Source of the DNA: a bacterium
Lineage (GTDB): Bacteria > UBA8248
DNA: 64,000 nt
Reading direction: 5' to 3'
Assembly: GCA_965213625.1 (NCBI GenBank)
Contig: CBDBZU010000004.1
Coordinates: forward strand, 2,496,001-2,560,000
A program made the translations under genes and the position numbers. Positions 10,886 to 20,355 of this stretch are shown in pieces; the first letter of the stretch is position 1, and every line of letters starts with the position of its first letter. The notes beneath the pieces were generated by a model. That model worked only from the letters and a program-made list of their open reading frames with translations. It did no database searches and was not told the origin of the DNA.

Positions 10886-11973
10886 AAGGACGAAAGATAA
10901 AACCGGCGTTCCTGGCCCTGGAGGACGGCAGAGTCTTCCGGGGCGTGAGTTTCGGGGCGGATTCTGACGCGGAGGGCGAACTCGTCTTCAACACGGCTAT
11001 GACGGGTTATCAGGAAGTGCTCACAGACCCCTCCTACCGCGGCCAGATGGTGGTGATGACGTACCCCCACATCGGGAATTACGGCGTCATCCCGGGCGAT
11101 GAGGAATCCCGCCGCGTCTGGGTCGAGGCGTTCATCGTGAAGGAAGTCTGCAGGCGTCACAGCAATTTCAGGGCGAACGAGGACCTGGACACCTATCTCA
11201 AGAGACAGGGTATCCCCGGCATCGAGGGCGTCGACACGCGCGCGCTCACGCGCCACATCCGGGAGGCGGGCGCCTTGAAGGCGGTGCTCTCCTCCACCGA
11301 TCTGGACGAGGGAACCCTCATCGCGCGCGCCAAGGCGAGCCCCGGCCTGGACGGGCGCGACATGGTGCAAGGCGTCACCTGCGAGGCCCCGCACGCCTGG
11401 GGCGAGCGCGCGGGCCGTCCGCTTTGCGTGGCGTACGACCTGGGGGCGAAGGACAACATTTTCCGCGAACTGGGCCAAAGGTTCGATCTGGAAATCGTGC
11501 CCGCTTCCGAGACGGCCGAGAACGTGCTGGCGAGAAAGCCCGCCGCCGTTTTCCTCTCGAACGGCCCCGGCGATCCGGCGGCGCTCGGCTACGTCGTCGA
11601 TAACGTACGAAGCATCATGGGCCGGGTTCCCGTCGTGGGCATCTGCCTGGGGCATCAGATTCTTGCGCAGGCCCTGGGCGGGCGGACGTACAAGCTCAAG
11701 TTCGGCCACCACGGGGCGAACCACCCGGTGCAGGATTTGAGCACGAAAAAGGTGGACATCACCTCGCAGAACCACTCGTTCGCCGTGGACCCCGAGAGCC
11801 TGCCCGAGAGCGTGGCGGTTACGCATTCCTCCCTGAACGACCAGACTTGCGAGGGACTCAAGTCCGAATCCCCCAAAGTGTTCAGCGTGCAGTACCACCC
11901 CGAGGCCTGCCCCGGCCCGCACGATGCGGGCGCGCTGTTCGATGCGTTCTTCAGCTTCTGCGTGGGGGAGTAG
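10882..11973 (+). CDS. carA: Carbamoyl-phosphate synthase small subunit
   Basis: FNTAMTGYQEVLTDPSY; SNGPGDP; GICLGHQ; QYHPE. Confidence 0.97.
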   Translation: MKGRKIKPAFLALEDGRVFRGVSFGADSDAEGELVFNTAMTGYQEVLTDPSYRGQMVVMTYPHIGNYGVIPGDEESRRVWVEAFIVKEVCRRHSNFRANEDLDTYLKRQGIPGIEGVDTRALTRHIREAGALKAVLSSTDLDEGTLIARAKASPGLDGRDMVQGVTCEAPHAWGERAGRPLCVAYDLGAKDNIFRELGQRFDLEIVPASETAENVLARKPAAVFLSNGPGDPAALGYVVDNVRSIMGRVPVVGICLGHQILAQALGGRTYKLKFGHHGANHPVQDLSTKKVDITSQNHSFAVDPESLPESVAVTHSSLNDQTCEGLKSESPKVFSVQYHPEACPGPHDAGALFDAFFSFCVGE

Positions 11974-12068
11974 GGAGTGCGCGCGGATTCTCGTGAGGGC
12001 AATAATTGATTCAAAAGGTGTTTGAAACGTCCATAATATTTTTCTTCATAGAGCGAGTGGCCTGATAC

Positions 12069-15000
12069 ATGCCGAAAAGAACGGACATATCGAAAATACT
12101 GATCATAGGCTCCGGCCCCATTGTCATCGGGCAGGCGTGCGAGTTCGACTATTCGGGCGCGCAGGCGTGCAAGGCCCTGCGCGAGGAGGGCTACGAGGTG
12201 GTGCTGGTGAACTCGAACCCCGCCACCATCATGACCGACCCCGAGATGGCCGACGCTACCTACGTGGAGCCCATCACGCCGAAGGTGGTGGAGGAGATCA
12301 TCAAGAAAGAACGCCCCGACGCCCTGCTGCCCACCATGGGCGGCCAGACGGGGCTGAACACGGCGGTGGCCCTCGCGGAGAGCGGCGTACTCGACGCCCT
12401 GGGCGTGGAACTCATCGGCGCCAAGCTGCCCGCCATCAACTGCGCGGAAGACAGGGACCTCTTCAAGAAGGCGATGAGCGAGATTGGCCTCGACCTGCCC
12501 CGGAGCGAGGTCGTCACCACGATGGCCGAGGGCTGGGAGGCGGCGCGTGATATCGGATTTCCGATTATCCTGCGGCCCGCCTTCACGCTGGGCGGCTCGG
12601 GCGGGGCCGTGGCTTTCACCGAGGATGAGTTCGAGGAGAAACTCGCCTGGGCGCTCTCGGAAAGCCCGGTGGATCAGGTGCTTCTCGAAGAAAGCGCTCT
12701 GGGCTGGAAGGAATACGAGCTCGAAGTGATGCGCGACTTGAAGGACAACGTCTCCATCATCTGCTCCATCGAGAATTTCGACCCCATGGGCGTCCACACG
12801 GGCGATTCCATCACCGTCGCCCCCGCGCAGACGCTCTCGGACCGCGAATACCAGACGATGCGCGACGCGGCCATCGCCTGCATCCGCAAGGTGGGGGTCG
12901 AGTGCGGCGGCTCGAACATCCAGTTCGGCCTGAGTCCCACCGACGGCCGGATGGTCGTTATCGAGATGAACCCGCGCGTGTCGAGAAGCTCGGCCCTTGC
13001 GAGTAAGGCCACCGGGTTTCCCATCGCCAAGATTGCCGCCAAGCTGGCCGTGGGCCTCACGCTCGATGAGATACCGAACGACATTACGCGGCAGACGCCC
13101 GCCTCGTTCGAGCCATCCATCGACTACTGCGTCACCAAGATACCGCGCTTCACCTTTGAGAAGTTCCCGGAAACACCTCCCGTCCTCGACACGCAGATGC
13201 GCTCGGTGGGGGAGGTGATGTCCATCGGCAGAACCTTTAGGGAATCCGTGATGAAGGCCATCCGCTCGCTCGAGATCGACCGCTACGGCCTGGCGGACCC
13301 AAAACCCGAAGAACTGGAGGGACTATCCGAAGACGCGCGCAGGGAGCTGATCAAAGAGGGTTTGAGGATACCCGGCCCCGACAGGCTCTGGACTATCGCC
13401 CGCGCCTACCGGGAAGGATGGACCGAAGATGAGATTTACCGCGCCTCGGGCGTCGACCCGTGGTTTCTGGCGCACCTGGACGAACTCGTGGCGTTGGAAG
13501 AAGACGCAGGCGCGCCCGGCCTGCTCGATGATGAATTCGCTCTCCGCTTTTTGAAGCAAAACGGTTTTAGTGATCTGGAGATCGCCGGAAGGCAGGGCGA
13601 GGACGAGAGCGTAGTGCGCGCGGCGAGACACGGCCTGGGCGTGCGGCCCGTCTACAAGCAGGTGGATACCTGCGCCGCCGAGTTCGAGGCCCATACCCCT
13701 TACCTCTATTCCACTTACGAGCAGGAAGACGAAGCCCCGCCGACTGCGCGTGAGAAGATTATCATCCTGGGCGGGGGCCCCAACCGCATCGGGCAGGGCA
13801 TCGAGTTCGATTACTGCTGCGTGCACGCCGTGATGGCGCTGGCGGAAGCGGGTTTCGAGGCCATCATGGTGAACTGCAACCCCGAGACGGTGAGCACGGA
13901 CTACGATACGAGCGACAGGCTTTATTTCGAGCCTCTTACGCTCGAGGACGTGCTCGAAATAATCCACCGGGAAAAACCTGCGGGCGTCATCGTGCAGTTC
14001 GGCGGCCAGACGCCGCTCAAGCTCGCCCTCGCGCTCAAGGAAGCGGGCGCGCCGATTATCGGGACCTCGCCCGAGAGTATCGACCTGACCGAGGATCGAG
14101 ACAGGTTCAGCCATCTGCTCAAGGAACTCCACCTCACTCAGCCGCCCTCGGGCACGGCCACGAACACCGAGGACGCACTCGCGATTGCGAACGCCATCGG
14201 CTATCCCGTGCTCATGAGGCCCAGCTACGTGCTGGGCGGGCGCGCCATGGCGCTCGTGCACGATGCGGACGAGCTCGCGGCCTATATGCGAGACGCCGTC
14301 CGCGCCTCGGCCGAGCGGCCCGTGCTCATCGACAGGTTCCTGGAAGACTCCGTGGAGGTCGACGTGGACGCGGTCTCGGACGGGGAGAACGTCATCATCG
14401 CGGGCGTGATGGAGCACATCGAGGAGGCGGGAATCCACAGCGGCGATTCGGCGTGTTCGATCCCCCCCTACACGCTGGGGCCCGACATCGTGGAGGAGCT
14501 CAAGCGCCAGACTCGGATTCTGGCGAAATCCTTGGGCGTCGTGGGTCTCAACAACGTGCAGTTCGCCATCCACAAGCGCCAGATCTTCATTCTGGAGGTG
14601 AACCCGCGCGCGAGCCGCACGGTGCCCTACGTGAGCAAGGTCGTCGGCGTGCCCTTCGCCAAGGTCGCCGCCCGCGCCATGGCGGGCGAGACGCTCCCCT
14701 CACTCGGCCTCGAACACGACGTGGAACCCCGCCATTTCGGGGTGAAAGAAGCGGTGTTCCCGTTCAAGAAGTTCCCCGGGGTGGACGTGATCCTGGGACC
14801 CGAGATGAAATCCACGGGCGAGGTGATGGGGCTGGGGGCGGATTTTCCCACGGCGTATCTCAAGGCGCAGGAGGGGGCCGGCTCCATCCTGCCGCTTTCG
14901 GGACGGGCATTCATCTCGGTTCGTGACGGGGACAAGGCGGCCATCATCCCGCTGGCGCAACTGCTCGTCGAACTCGGGTTCTCTCTGGTGGCGACGGCGG

Positions 15001-15320
15001 GGACGAGAGCGACGCTCATGGCCAACGGCATCGAGGCTGATTTCGTACATAAGGTGACCGACGGAGAGCCGGGCCACGTCGTGGACCAGATGGAGGCGGG
15101 GGAGGTGGACTTCGTGCTCAACACCACGGCGGGCAAGCAGTCGATAAAGGACAGCTATTCCATCCGCAGAACGGCGCTCTTGCGCAACATCTTCTATTGC
15201 ACCACGCTCGCCGCAGGCCAGGCGGCCATTCGCGCCATACGGATTCTGCGCGAAAACGACTATTCGGTGCGCTCCTTACAGGATTATCACGCGAATCTGC
15301 GTGACCTCGCCCGCGCGTAG
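12069..15320 (+). CDS. carB: Carbamoyl-phosphate synthase large subunit
   Basis: [24 protein letters not shown]; duplicated ATP-grasp domains; MGS C-terminus. Confidence 0.98.
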   Translation: MPKRTDISKILIIGSGPIVIGQACEFDYSGAQACKALREEGYEVVLVNSNPATIMTDPEMADATYVEPITPKVVEEIIKKERPDALLPTMGGQTGLNTAVALAESGVLDALGVELIGAKLPAINCAEDRDLFKKAMSEIGLDLPRSEVVTTMAEGWEAARDIGFPIILRPAFTLGGSGGAVAFTEDEFEEKLAWALSESPVDQVLLEESALGWKEYELEVMRDLKDNVSIICSIENFDPMGVHTGDSITVAPAQTLSDREYQTMRDAAIACIRKVGVECGGSNIQFGLSPTDGRMVVIEMNPRVSRSSALASKATGFPIAKIAAKLAVGLTLDEIPNDITRQTPASFEPSIDYCVTKIPRFTFEKFPETPPVLDTQMRSVGEVMSIGRTFRESVMKAIRSLEIDRYGLADPKPEELEGLSEDARRELIKEGLRIPGPDRLWTIARAYREGWTEDEIYRASGVDPWFLAHLDELVALEEDAGAPGLLDDEFALRFLKQNGFSDLEIAGRQGEDESVVRAARHGLGVRPVYKQVDTCAAEFEAHTPYLYSTYEQEDEAPPTAREKIIILGGGPNRIGQGIEFDYCCVHAVMALAEAGFEAIMVNCNPETVSTDYDTSDRLYFEPLTLEDVLEIIHREKPAGVIVQFGGQTPLKLALALKEAGAPIIGTSPESIDLTEDRDRFSHLLKELHLTQPPSGTATNTEDALAIANAIGYPVLMRPSYVLGGRAMALVHDADELAAYMRDAVRASAERPVLIDRFLEDSVEVDVDAVSDGENVIIAGVMEHIEEAGIHSGDSACSIPPYTLGPDIVEELKRQTRILAKSLGVVGLNNVQFAIHKRQIFILEVNPRASRTVPYVSKVVGVPFAKVAARAMAGETLPSLGLEHDVEPRHFGVKEAVFPFKKFPGVDVILGPEMKSTGEVMGLGADFPTAYLKAQEGAGSILPLSGRAFISVRDGDKAAIIPLAQLLVELGFSLVATAGTRATLMANGIEADFVHKVTDGEPGHVVDQMEAGEVDFVLNTTAGKQSIKDSYSIRRTALLRNIFYCTTLAAGQAAIRAIRILRENDYSVRSLQDYHANLRDLARA

Positions 15321-15394
15321 CATTCCCAACAAGCGATTCTGGGTGTAGAGTAGCGTTTTTCCGACTCTCGCCGCACCTCGTGAGGCCCCGGCTC

Positions 15395-15676
15395 ATGTTT
15401 CGATTTTTGTTTTATCTGGCGTTGTCTTGGGCTATATTTTATCTTATACGCAGTTTCTTCAGCGGTATCGGGAACGCAGCCCGGAAGAATCGTGAGGCCG
15501 AAAGCGGCCTGGACGATGAAATGTTGAACTGCCCCGAATGCGAGACGTTCTTCCCCTCGCGTATGGGGATTACGAAGCGCGCGGGCGGCGGCAGGCATTC
15601 GTTCTGCAGCGTAGCGTGCGCAGAGAAATTCGCGGAAAGGGGCGGCCCGCCCGAAGCGGGTGATGAGCAAGCCTGA
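15395..15676 (+). CDS. Small membrane-anchored metal-binding protein (YHS/TRASH, PP0621-like)
   Basis: N-terminal TM helix, then MLNCPECETFFP...HSFCSVAC. Confidence 0.7.
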   Translation: MFRFLFYLALSWAIFYLIRSFFSGIGNAARKNREAESGLDDEMLNCPECETFFPSRMGITKRAGGGRHSFCSVACAEKFAERGGPPEAGDEQA

Positions 15677-15705
15677 GCGGATAAGACAAGCACAGGAGAT
15701 ACTCC

Positions 15706-16440
15706 ATGACGAGTGGAGCAACCGACCCGAACGCGCGGGGTGAAGACGGGTCCACGGCCTTGCACCATGCGGTGATGGGCAACGACGCCCTGGAAGCCGC
15801 AGGCGACCTGCTCGCGGCCGGGGCCGATGTGAACGCGCGCGACAAAAACGGCTGGACGCCGCTCCACTGGGCGGTGCGCTACATCCAGGACCCGGACGTT
15901 CTGGTGGTCTTGCTGCGGGCCGGCGCCGACGTGGAAGCACGCGACAGAAGAGGAGCCACGCCGCTCCACACGGCGGCGGCGTTCCGCGCGGAGCCTGCCG
16001 TTCTGGAGGCGCTCCTCGAAGCCGGCGCCGACCCCAATACGGAGGGGATATACGGCTGGACGCCCCTTCATGCGTCGGCGGCCTTTGGGAAAATCGGCGC
16101 CAACGTGGGGATACTGGTGAGCGGCGGCGCCCGGGTGAACACGCCGGACAGAAGAGGCCTGGCGCCGCTGCACTGGGCGGGCATGCGAAGCACGGCCCCC
16201 GGCGTCGTACGCGCCCTGCTCGCGGCGGGCGCCAACCCCGACGTGCGCGACAAGCGCGTTCGAACCCCGCTTCACTACGCGGCTGCGAAAGATGAAGTCG
16301 TTATCGAAGTCGTCGAAGCCCTCCTCGAAGCCGGCGCCGACCCCGCAGCAAAAGATTCCGAAGGCAAAACCCCTGTCGAGGGCGTCAAGCCCGATTCTCC
16401 TTTCCGGGATACGGAGGCGTATCGAAGGTTGGGGGGGTGA
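15706..16440 (+). CDS. Ankyrin repeat protein (about 6-7 repeats)
   Basis: Repeated G.TPLH.A....LL.AGAD.N.RD units; AGGAG RBS. Confidence 0.92.
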   Translation: MTSGATDPNARGEDGSTALHHAVMGNDALEAAGDLLAAGADVNARDKNGWTPLHWAVRYIQDPDVLVVLLRAGADVEARDRRGATPLHTAAAFRAEPAVLEALLEAGADPNTEGIYGWTPLHASAAFGKIGANVGILVSGGARVNTPDRRGLAPLHWAGMRSTAPGVVRALLAAGANPDVRDKRVRTPLHYAAAKDEVVIEVVEALLEAGADPAAKDSEGKTPVEGVKPDSPFRDTEAYRRLGG

Positions 16441-16523
16441 ATTCCGACTGATGAAGGAGGAATTCCTCCGACCGATGAGGGAGAGTTTGCGGTTACAATC
16501 TTTGTAGATTGCGAGATGGTTTT

Positions 16524-16549
16524 GTAGGGGCGGACCTCTGTGTCCGCCC
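16524..16549 (+). repeat. GTAG-type REP hairpin
   Basis: GTAG-GGGCGGAC-CTCTGT-GTCCGCCC. Confidence 0.75.
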
Positions 16550-16837
16550 GTTATTTTTGTTCGTCACCCAGGAATGATTTTACCCGGGTTCCATAAAATG
16601 GGTTCCGCAATCGCTCCCTTCTCAGTCGCGATTGATGCCGGAATGATAATAAATTTCACTCTATCTTGAGGCTCAATTTCGAAAATAGAATGAGGGATTT
16701 ACTTCGAAGTAGGGTTAGGTCTTGACCTGTCCCTGCTGGCTGATTTATGAGAGGAAAAATTCGAACAAAGTGTGGAACATTGCGAGTTAATCTTTTCTCT
16801 ACTACGAAAATCGTTTCTTCATCAGCGATATAGGAAA

Positions 16838-17803
16838 ATGAACATGGGTAAAAAAACGCCCGAAAGCAACGACGATTCCCAAAATACCAAAGCAGGCTCC
16901 GAAAATATTGAATCGTCTTTTGATGATATTCTTGACGCATTAACTGATGCACTTAAGCATATCGAGAAATATCAAGATAGAGGTCAAATTCTTCGAGATC
17001 TAGTGGCTGCAGTGATTGCACAAGAAATGTCACGAATGACTGTAACCAAAATTAGAATGGTTGCTGGTGAGTTATCTGATGTTGATCAGGACGACCTTTG
17101 TATTGTCTGGTAGGTGCTCTCGCGGCATTATGTTGGTGGTAAACATCAAACGTCTCTCGACAAGGGAATTCGGCAGCTCGAGAAACTAACGAAAGAAGAA
17201 GCTCGGCACGTTATATATGAAATCAGGTGTGCAATTGAAACCACGATAAACAGGGAAATGGAAGAAAAGACGATAAATATAGGGTTGGCTATTCCGGTAA
17301 TAGGCAAAATAGGGCTAGGTTCAATTCGGTTGAATGTTCGCGGAACAAGACTTGCCGTGAGGAAATTCCAGGGCCGATTTGTTCGTTTATTGGTGAAAAA
17401 TAGTCTATGGCTTGCGGTTATTGCGGGGACAATTCACTGGATCAGTTGGACTATATTTGATGAACCATTTTTGGCCTCAAGATTTGAGAACTTGGCGAAG
17501 GTTATCCAATTTGTTCTATTGCTCCCTATCACTTTTGGAGTTTTGATTATAACTCAAAGCGATATCCTTAGCTTCATTGGAGACAAGACCAATTCCTTGC
17601 GTAAGTTTATCAAGTGGGCGTTGTGGTTTATTGCGGTAGGCGGGTGGTTTTATTGGATTATTTGGTTACTTTTCGGCATTCCTAAGGGAGTTACAGGTTT
17701 GGAAGAGGTACTGCAACTTTCATTGCCGTTTTTGTTGATTCTTGGAAGTGTGGGTGTGTGGATGTTCGGGCTCATATTCAAAGGAGAAAAGAATAACGAA
17801 TAG
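16838..17803 (+). pseudogene. Low-GC hypothetical membrane protein gene interrupted by an in-frame TAG at 17111-17113
   Basis: ORFs 16772..17113 and 17114..17803 abut in the same frame (TGG TAG GTG); no RBS before 17114; helical N-terminal part plus about 4 C-terminal TM segments. Confidence 0.55.
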
Positions 17804-17976
17804 CGGAGTGGAATTTCCCAGCACACAAAAGAAATTAATTTATCGATCCGAAGTATTCTGATACGCAAGCGGTGAAAAGGAATAAGTGGCACAGACAGCC
17901 GCTTGTTAGCTATTCGAATGACACGAAGCCAAGATGAATGCCCTATTTGAGTTTCCTATCGAAGGTATATAGTCCT

Positions 17977-18009
17977 TAGGGGCGGTTCTCGAACCGCCCC
18001 TACACAATC
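17977..18009 (-). repeat. GTAG-type REP hairpin; first copy of a 30-bp direct repeat
   Basis: TAGGGGCGGTTC-TC-GAACCGCCCCTA-C; 17980-18009 is identical to 18548-18577. Confidence 0.8.
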
Positions 18010-18060
18010 CCTCGTTGTTGGTCGAAAATATTCCTCACTCTTCCGTCGGCTTTGATAACG

Positions 18061-18150
18061 GATTTTATTTTTCAGCTCACGAAACAGGATTTCAACGACT
18101 TGAGATCACAAATTGTGATCTCAAACCGGGGCGGCAGGCGGTATCAACTT
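18061..18150 (+). pseudogene. ORF6N-domain gene remnant
   Basis: Frame from 18061 reads DFIFQLTKQDFNDLRSQIVISNRGGRRYQL, matching the ORF6N core (DFMFQLT.EE...LRSQ......GG.R); no start or rest of the gene. Confidence 0.7.
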
Positions 18151-18186
18151 CTTCTGCTCCGGATTCCGCAATCGTTTCCTACTCCA

Positions 18187-18438
18187 GGCTGTTGAGAAAG
18201 CCCCTCTCCACCTCATCCTGAGTAGCGGTGAAGCCGCGTATCGAAGGATGCCCTCTCGCCCGGCGCGAGGCGTTCGAATTTCCTCGCCCTTCGATACGTC
18301 CTTCGACAGGCTCAGGACTACTCAGGGTGAGGAAAGAGGCGTTGGCGGTTTGTGGGGGTCGAACCCGATTGAGGAATAAGGGTTCGACGCGACCGGGGAG
18401 GGAGCGTTCGTTGCCATTGACGGGGCTTTTCAACAGCC
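18187..18438. mobile_element. MITE-like non-autonomous element (~250 bp)
   Basis: Terminal IRs GGCTGTTGAGAAAGCCCC / GGGGCTTTTCAACAGCC; nested internal stems 18211-18225/18318-18332 and 18237-18247/18288-18298; contains CCTTCGACAGGCTCAGG. Confidence 0.7.
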
Positions 18439-18547
18439 CCTCATCGCTTGGGATTGACACCATAATGACCAGGAGGTGGCCAAGCCAGGGCGGGGCGGGC
18501 ACACTCGAACTCCCCCTCCTCGGCTCCTACTGCGCGTATTCATTACA

Positions 18548-18577
18548 GGGCGGTTCTCGAACCGCCCCTACACAATC
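18548..18577 (-). repeat. GTAG-type REP hairpin; second copy of the 30-bp direct repeat
   Basis: GGGCGGTTCTCGAACCGCCCCTACACAATC. Confidence 0.8.
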
Positions 18578-18682
18578 TTTCCATTTCGGCTGGAATTGGG
18601 ACACGCGCGCGAGAAAGGTACTTGCTCCCCGGAGGCGATTCGCTTAACCTGAATGCGCCTAATCCGCAATAGGAGCCTCGTT

Positions 18683-18976
18683 ATGCCGAAGCTCAATGTC
18701 GACCTGACGGAGCATCAGGAAGAATTGATCGAAAATCTGGTCATATCCGGGCAGTACCGAGACGCGGGTGAAGTGCTCCGCGCGGGTATCCGTCTGGTGG
18801 AACGGCAAGCGGCGGAGGACGAGGCCCGCTTGAAAGCCCTGCGCGAAGCCGCCGATTCAGGTATCGCTGACATCGTGGAAGGGCGGTTCCGAACCTTCGA
18901 CGCGCCTGAATCGCTTCGCGGGCATCTCTCACAACTGGCCGAAGACGCCATCACAGACCCAGCCGCCGAGGCATAG
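18683..18976 (+). CDS. parD: Type II antitoxin, ParD (CC2985/RHH) family
   Basis: LNVDLT...LVISGQYRDAGEVLRAGIRLVE...LKALREA...GIAD; AGGAG RBS. Confidence 0.88.
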   Translation: MPKLNVDLTEHQEELIENLVISGQYRDAGEVLRAGIRLVERQAAEDEARLKALREAADSGIADIVEGRFRTFDAPESLRGHLSQLAEDAITDPAAEA

Positions 18977-18978
18977 GG

Positions 18979-19326
18979 GTGGCGGATCGCCGACATTGGC
19001 GGGTCCGACTCACGAAGTCTGCCGAAACCGATTTCCATAACATACTGCGCTGGACTTCTGATCGATTCGGTGAAACGCAGGCGCGCATCTACGTCGATAC
19101 CTTGAACGAAGCCATTGGAGCGCTCATGGAAGGACCGGATGTCACCGGGGCGAGGCGGCGCGATGAGATCGCAGAGGGGCTGATGACGCTTCATGTCGCC
19201 AGAGGAGGACGAAGAGGCCGTCATTTCGTACTCTACCGAGTAGGTGAAGGCGAACCGTTTCAAATCGATGTGCTTCGTTTGCTGCACGACGCGATGGACC
19301 TGCCCCGCCATCTGGGGGGAGATTAG
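18979..19326 (+). CDS. parE: Type II toxin, RelE/ParE family
   Basis: VRLTKSAETDF..I..WT..RFG..QA..Y; HFVLYRV; IDVLRLLHDAMDL. Confidence 0.88.
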   Translation: MADRRHWRVRLTKSAETDFHNILRWTSDRFGETQARIYVDTLNEAIGALMEGPDVTGARRRDEIAEGLMTLHVARGGRRGRHFVLYRVGEGEPFQIDVLRLLHDAMDLPRHLGGD

Positions 19327-19354
19327 GATAAGTCCGCTGGTGGAGAGCGCCCGT

Positions 19355-19411
19355 GACGACAAACCGCATGACGCCGAAATTGTGGACTACCATAAAAGGA
19401 TGGTCGAATGA
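19355..19411 (+). pseudogene. higB: C-terminal remnant of a HigB (plasmid-killer) toxin
   Basis: Frame from 19355 reads DDKPHDAEIVDYHKRMVE*; EIVDYH is the typical HigB C-terminus, and its TGA overlaps the higA ATG (ATGA). Confidence 0.7.
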
Positions 19412-19713
19412 ACGTGAAAAACGCCATGAGGCCGGTGCATCCGGGCGAGATACTGCGCGAGGAACTGGACGCGCTGGAACTCTCGGCCAATGCGCTCTCG
19501 AAGGCGCTCGGCGTGCCGGTGAACCGGATCACGACGATACTGAACGGCCGGCGAGGGGTGAGTGCGGACACGGCTCTGCGCCTGGCGCGTTATTTCGGGA
19601 CGACGCCCGAACTCTGGATGAACCTGCAAAAAACCTGGGAGCTTCGCCGGGCCGAGCTCGCCCAAGGCCGCGAGATCGCCAAACGGGTGAAGCCCCGGCA
19701 AACGGCGGCGTAG
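19408..19713 (+). CDS. higA: HigA-family antitoxin (orphan)
   Basis: RPVHPGEILREEL; LSANALSKALGVPVNRI; ADTALRLARYFGTTPELWMNLQ. Confidence 0.93.
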   Translation: MNVKNAMRPVHPGEILREELDALELSANALSKALGVPVNRITTILNGRRGVSADTALRLARYFGTTPELWMNLQKTWELRRAELAQGREIAKRVKPRQTAA

Positions 19714-19714
19714 G

Positions 19715-19774
19715 GTAGGGGCCGGGTACAGGGCCGTTCACGAATGATGGGCGGACAGTTAGGCCTGTCCCTAC
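19715..19774. repeat. Degenerate REP doublet (GTAGGGG ... CCCTAC)
   Basis: GTAGGGGCC at 19715 and GGGCGGACAGTTAGGCCTGTCCCTAC at 19749-19774. Confidence 0.6.
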
Positions 19775-19845
19775 GGCGCTTCTGCTCGTCCGGCACCCCT
19801 TTTTCTTAGATCGGTTTTGCCCCTCCGCCCGGACATCTTGCCAAG

Positions 19846-19860
19846 TACCAAACTTTGGTA
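19846..19860. promoter_or_regulatory. Putative autoregulatory operator of the downstream RHH antitoxin
   Basis: Perfect palindrome TACCAAA-C-TTTGGTA ending 25 nt upstream of the ATG. Confidence 0.55.
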
Positions 19861-19885
19861 TGATGTGTGTGAAGGAGGGATTCTC

Positions 19886-20122
19886 ATGCCGCGCAATACG
19901 TCGGTTTCGCTCGGGGATCATTTTACGGGTTTCATCGACGAGCAGGTTTCGTCGGGACGCTACAACTCGGCAAGCGATGTGGTGCGCGCCGGGCTGCGCC
20001 TGCTGGAAGAATACGAAACCAAGGTGGAGGCTCTGCGCGAGGCTCTCATCGAAGGCGAGGGGTCCGGCCCGGTGACACCGTTTGATTTCGATGCATTCAT
20101 CGCCCGCAAGAAATCCTCCTGA
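19886..20122 (+). CDS. parD: ParD-family antitoxin (orphan, no downstream parE)
   Basis: [33 protein letters not shown]...[12 protein letters not shown]; AAGGAGG RBS. Confidence 0.92.
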   Translation: MPRNTSVSLGDHFTGFIDEQVSSGRYNSASDVVRAGLRLLEEYETKVEALREALIEGEGSGPVTPFDFDAFIARKKSS

Positions 20123-20143
20123 ACGGAATGGGTGAACAAAGAC

Positions 20144-20210
20144 GGGCAGGCACAGGGGCCTGCCCCTACAGCGCGTTTCCACTGCTGGACGGTTCGCGAA
20201 CCGCCCCTAC
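20144..20210 (-). repeat. Two tandem GTAG-type REP hairpins
   Basis: GGGCAGGCACAGGGGCCTGCCCCTAC (20144-20169) and GGACGGTTCGCGAACCGCCCCTAC (20187-20210). Confidence 0.75.
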
Positions 20211-20355
20211 CCAACCCTGCCTACACGCATAATAAAAATCACAGACAGCCGTCGTTCCGCCGTATGCCGGCGGCAACCGCATGGTTGACCGGAGTCGGGG
20301 AAAGTGATGATGTTGCGGGACTGTGGCTGATGCCTTTTCGCGGGGAGAATGGAGA

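Noticed and set aside
16443-16485. CTGATGA followed by a GGAGG/CCTCC stem, resembling a hammerhead ribozyme
   Set aside because: The stem is followed by GACC, not GAAA, and the other stems are missing; it looks like a short tandem duplication or repeat-family fragment
17791-17911. Possible integron attC (TAAC ... GTTAGCT) after the low-GC gene
   Set aside because: The R boxes are not complementary, there is no long hairpin and no integrase
17980-18577. 30-bp palindromic direct repeats as a CRISPR array
   Set aside because: Only two copies, 568 bp apart, no cas genes; they match the REP pattern
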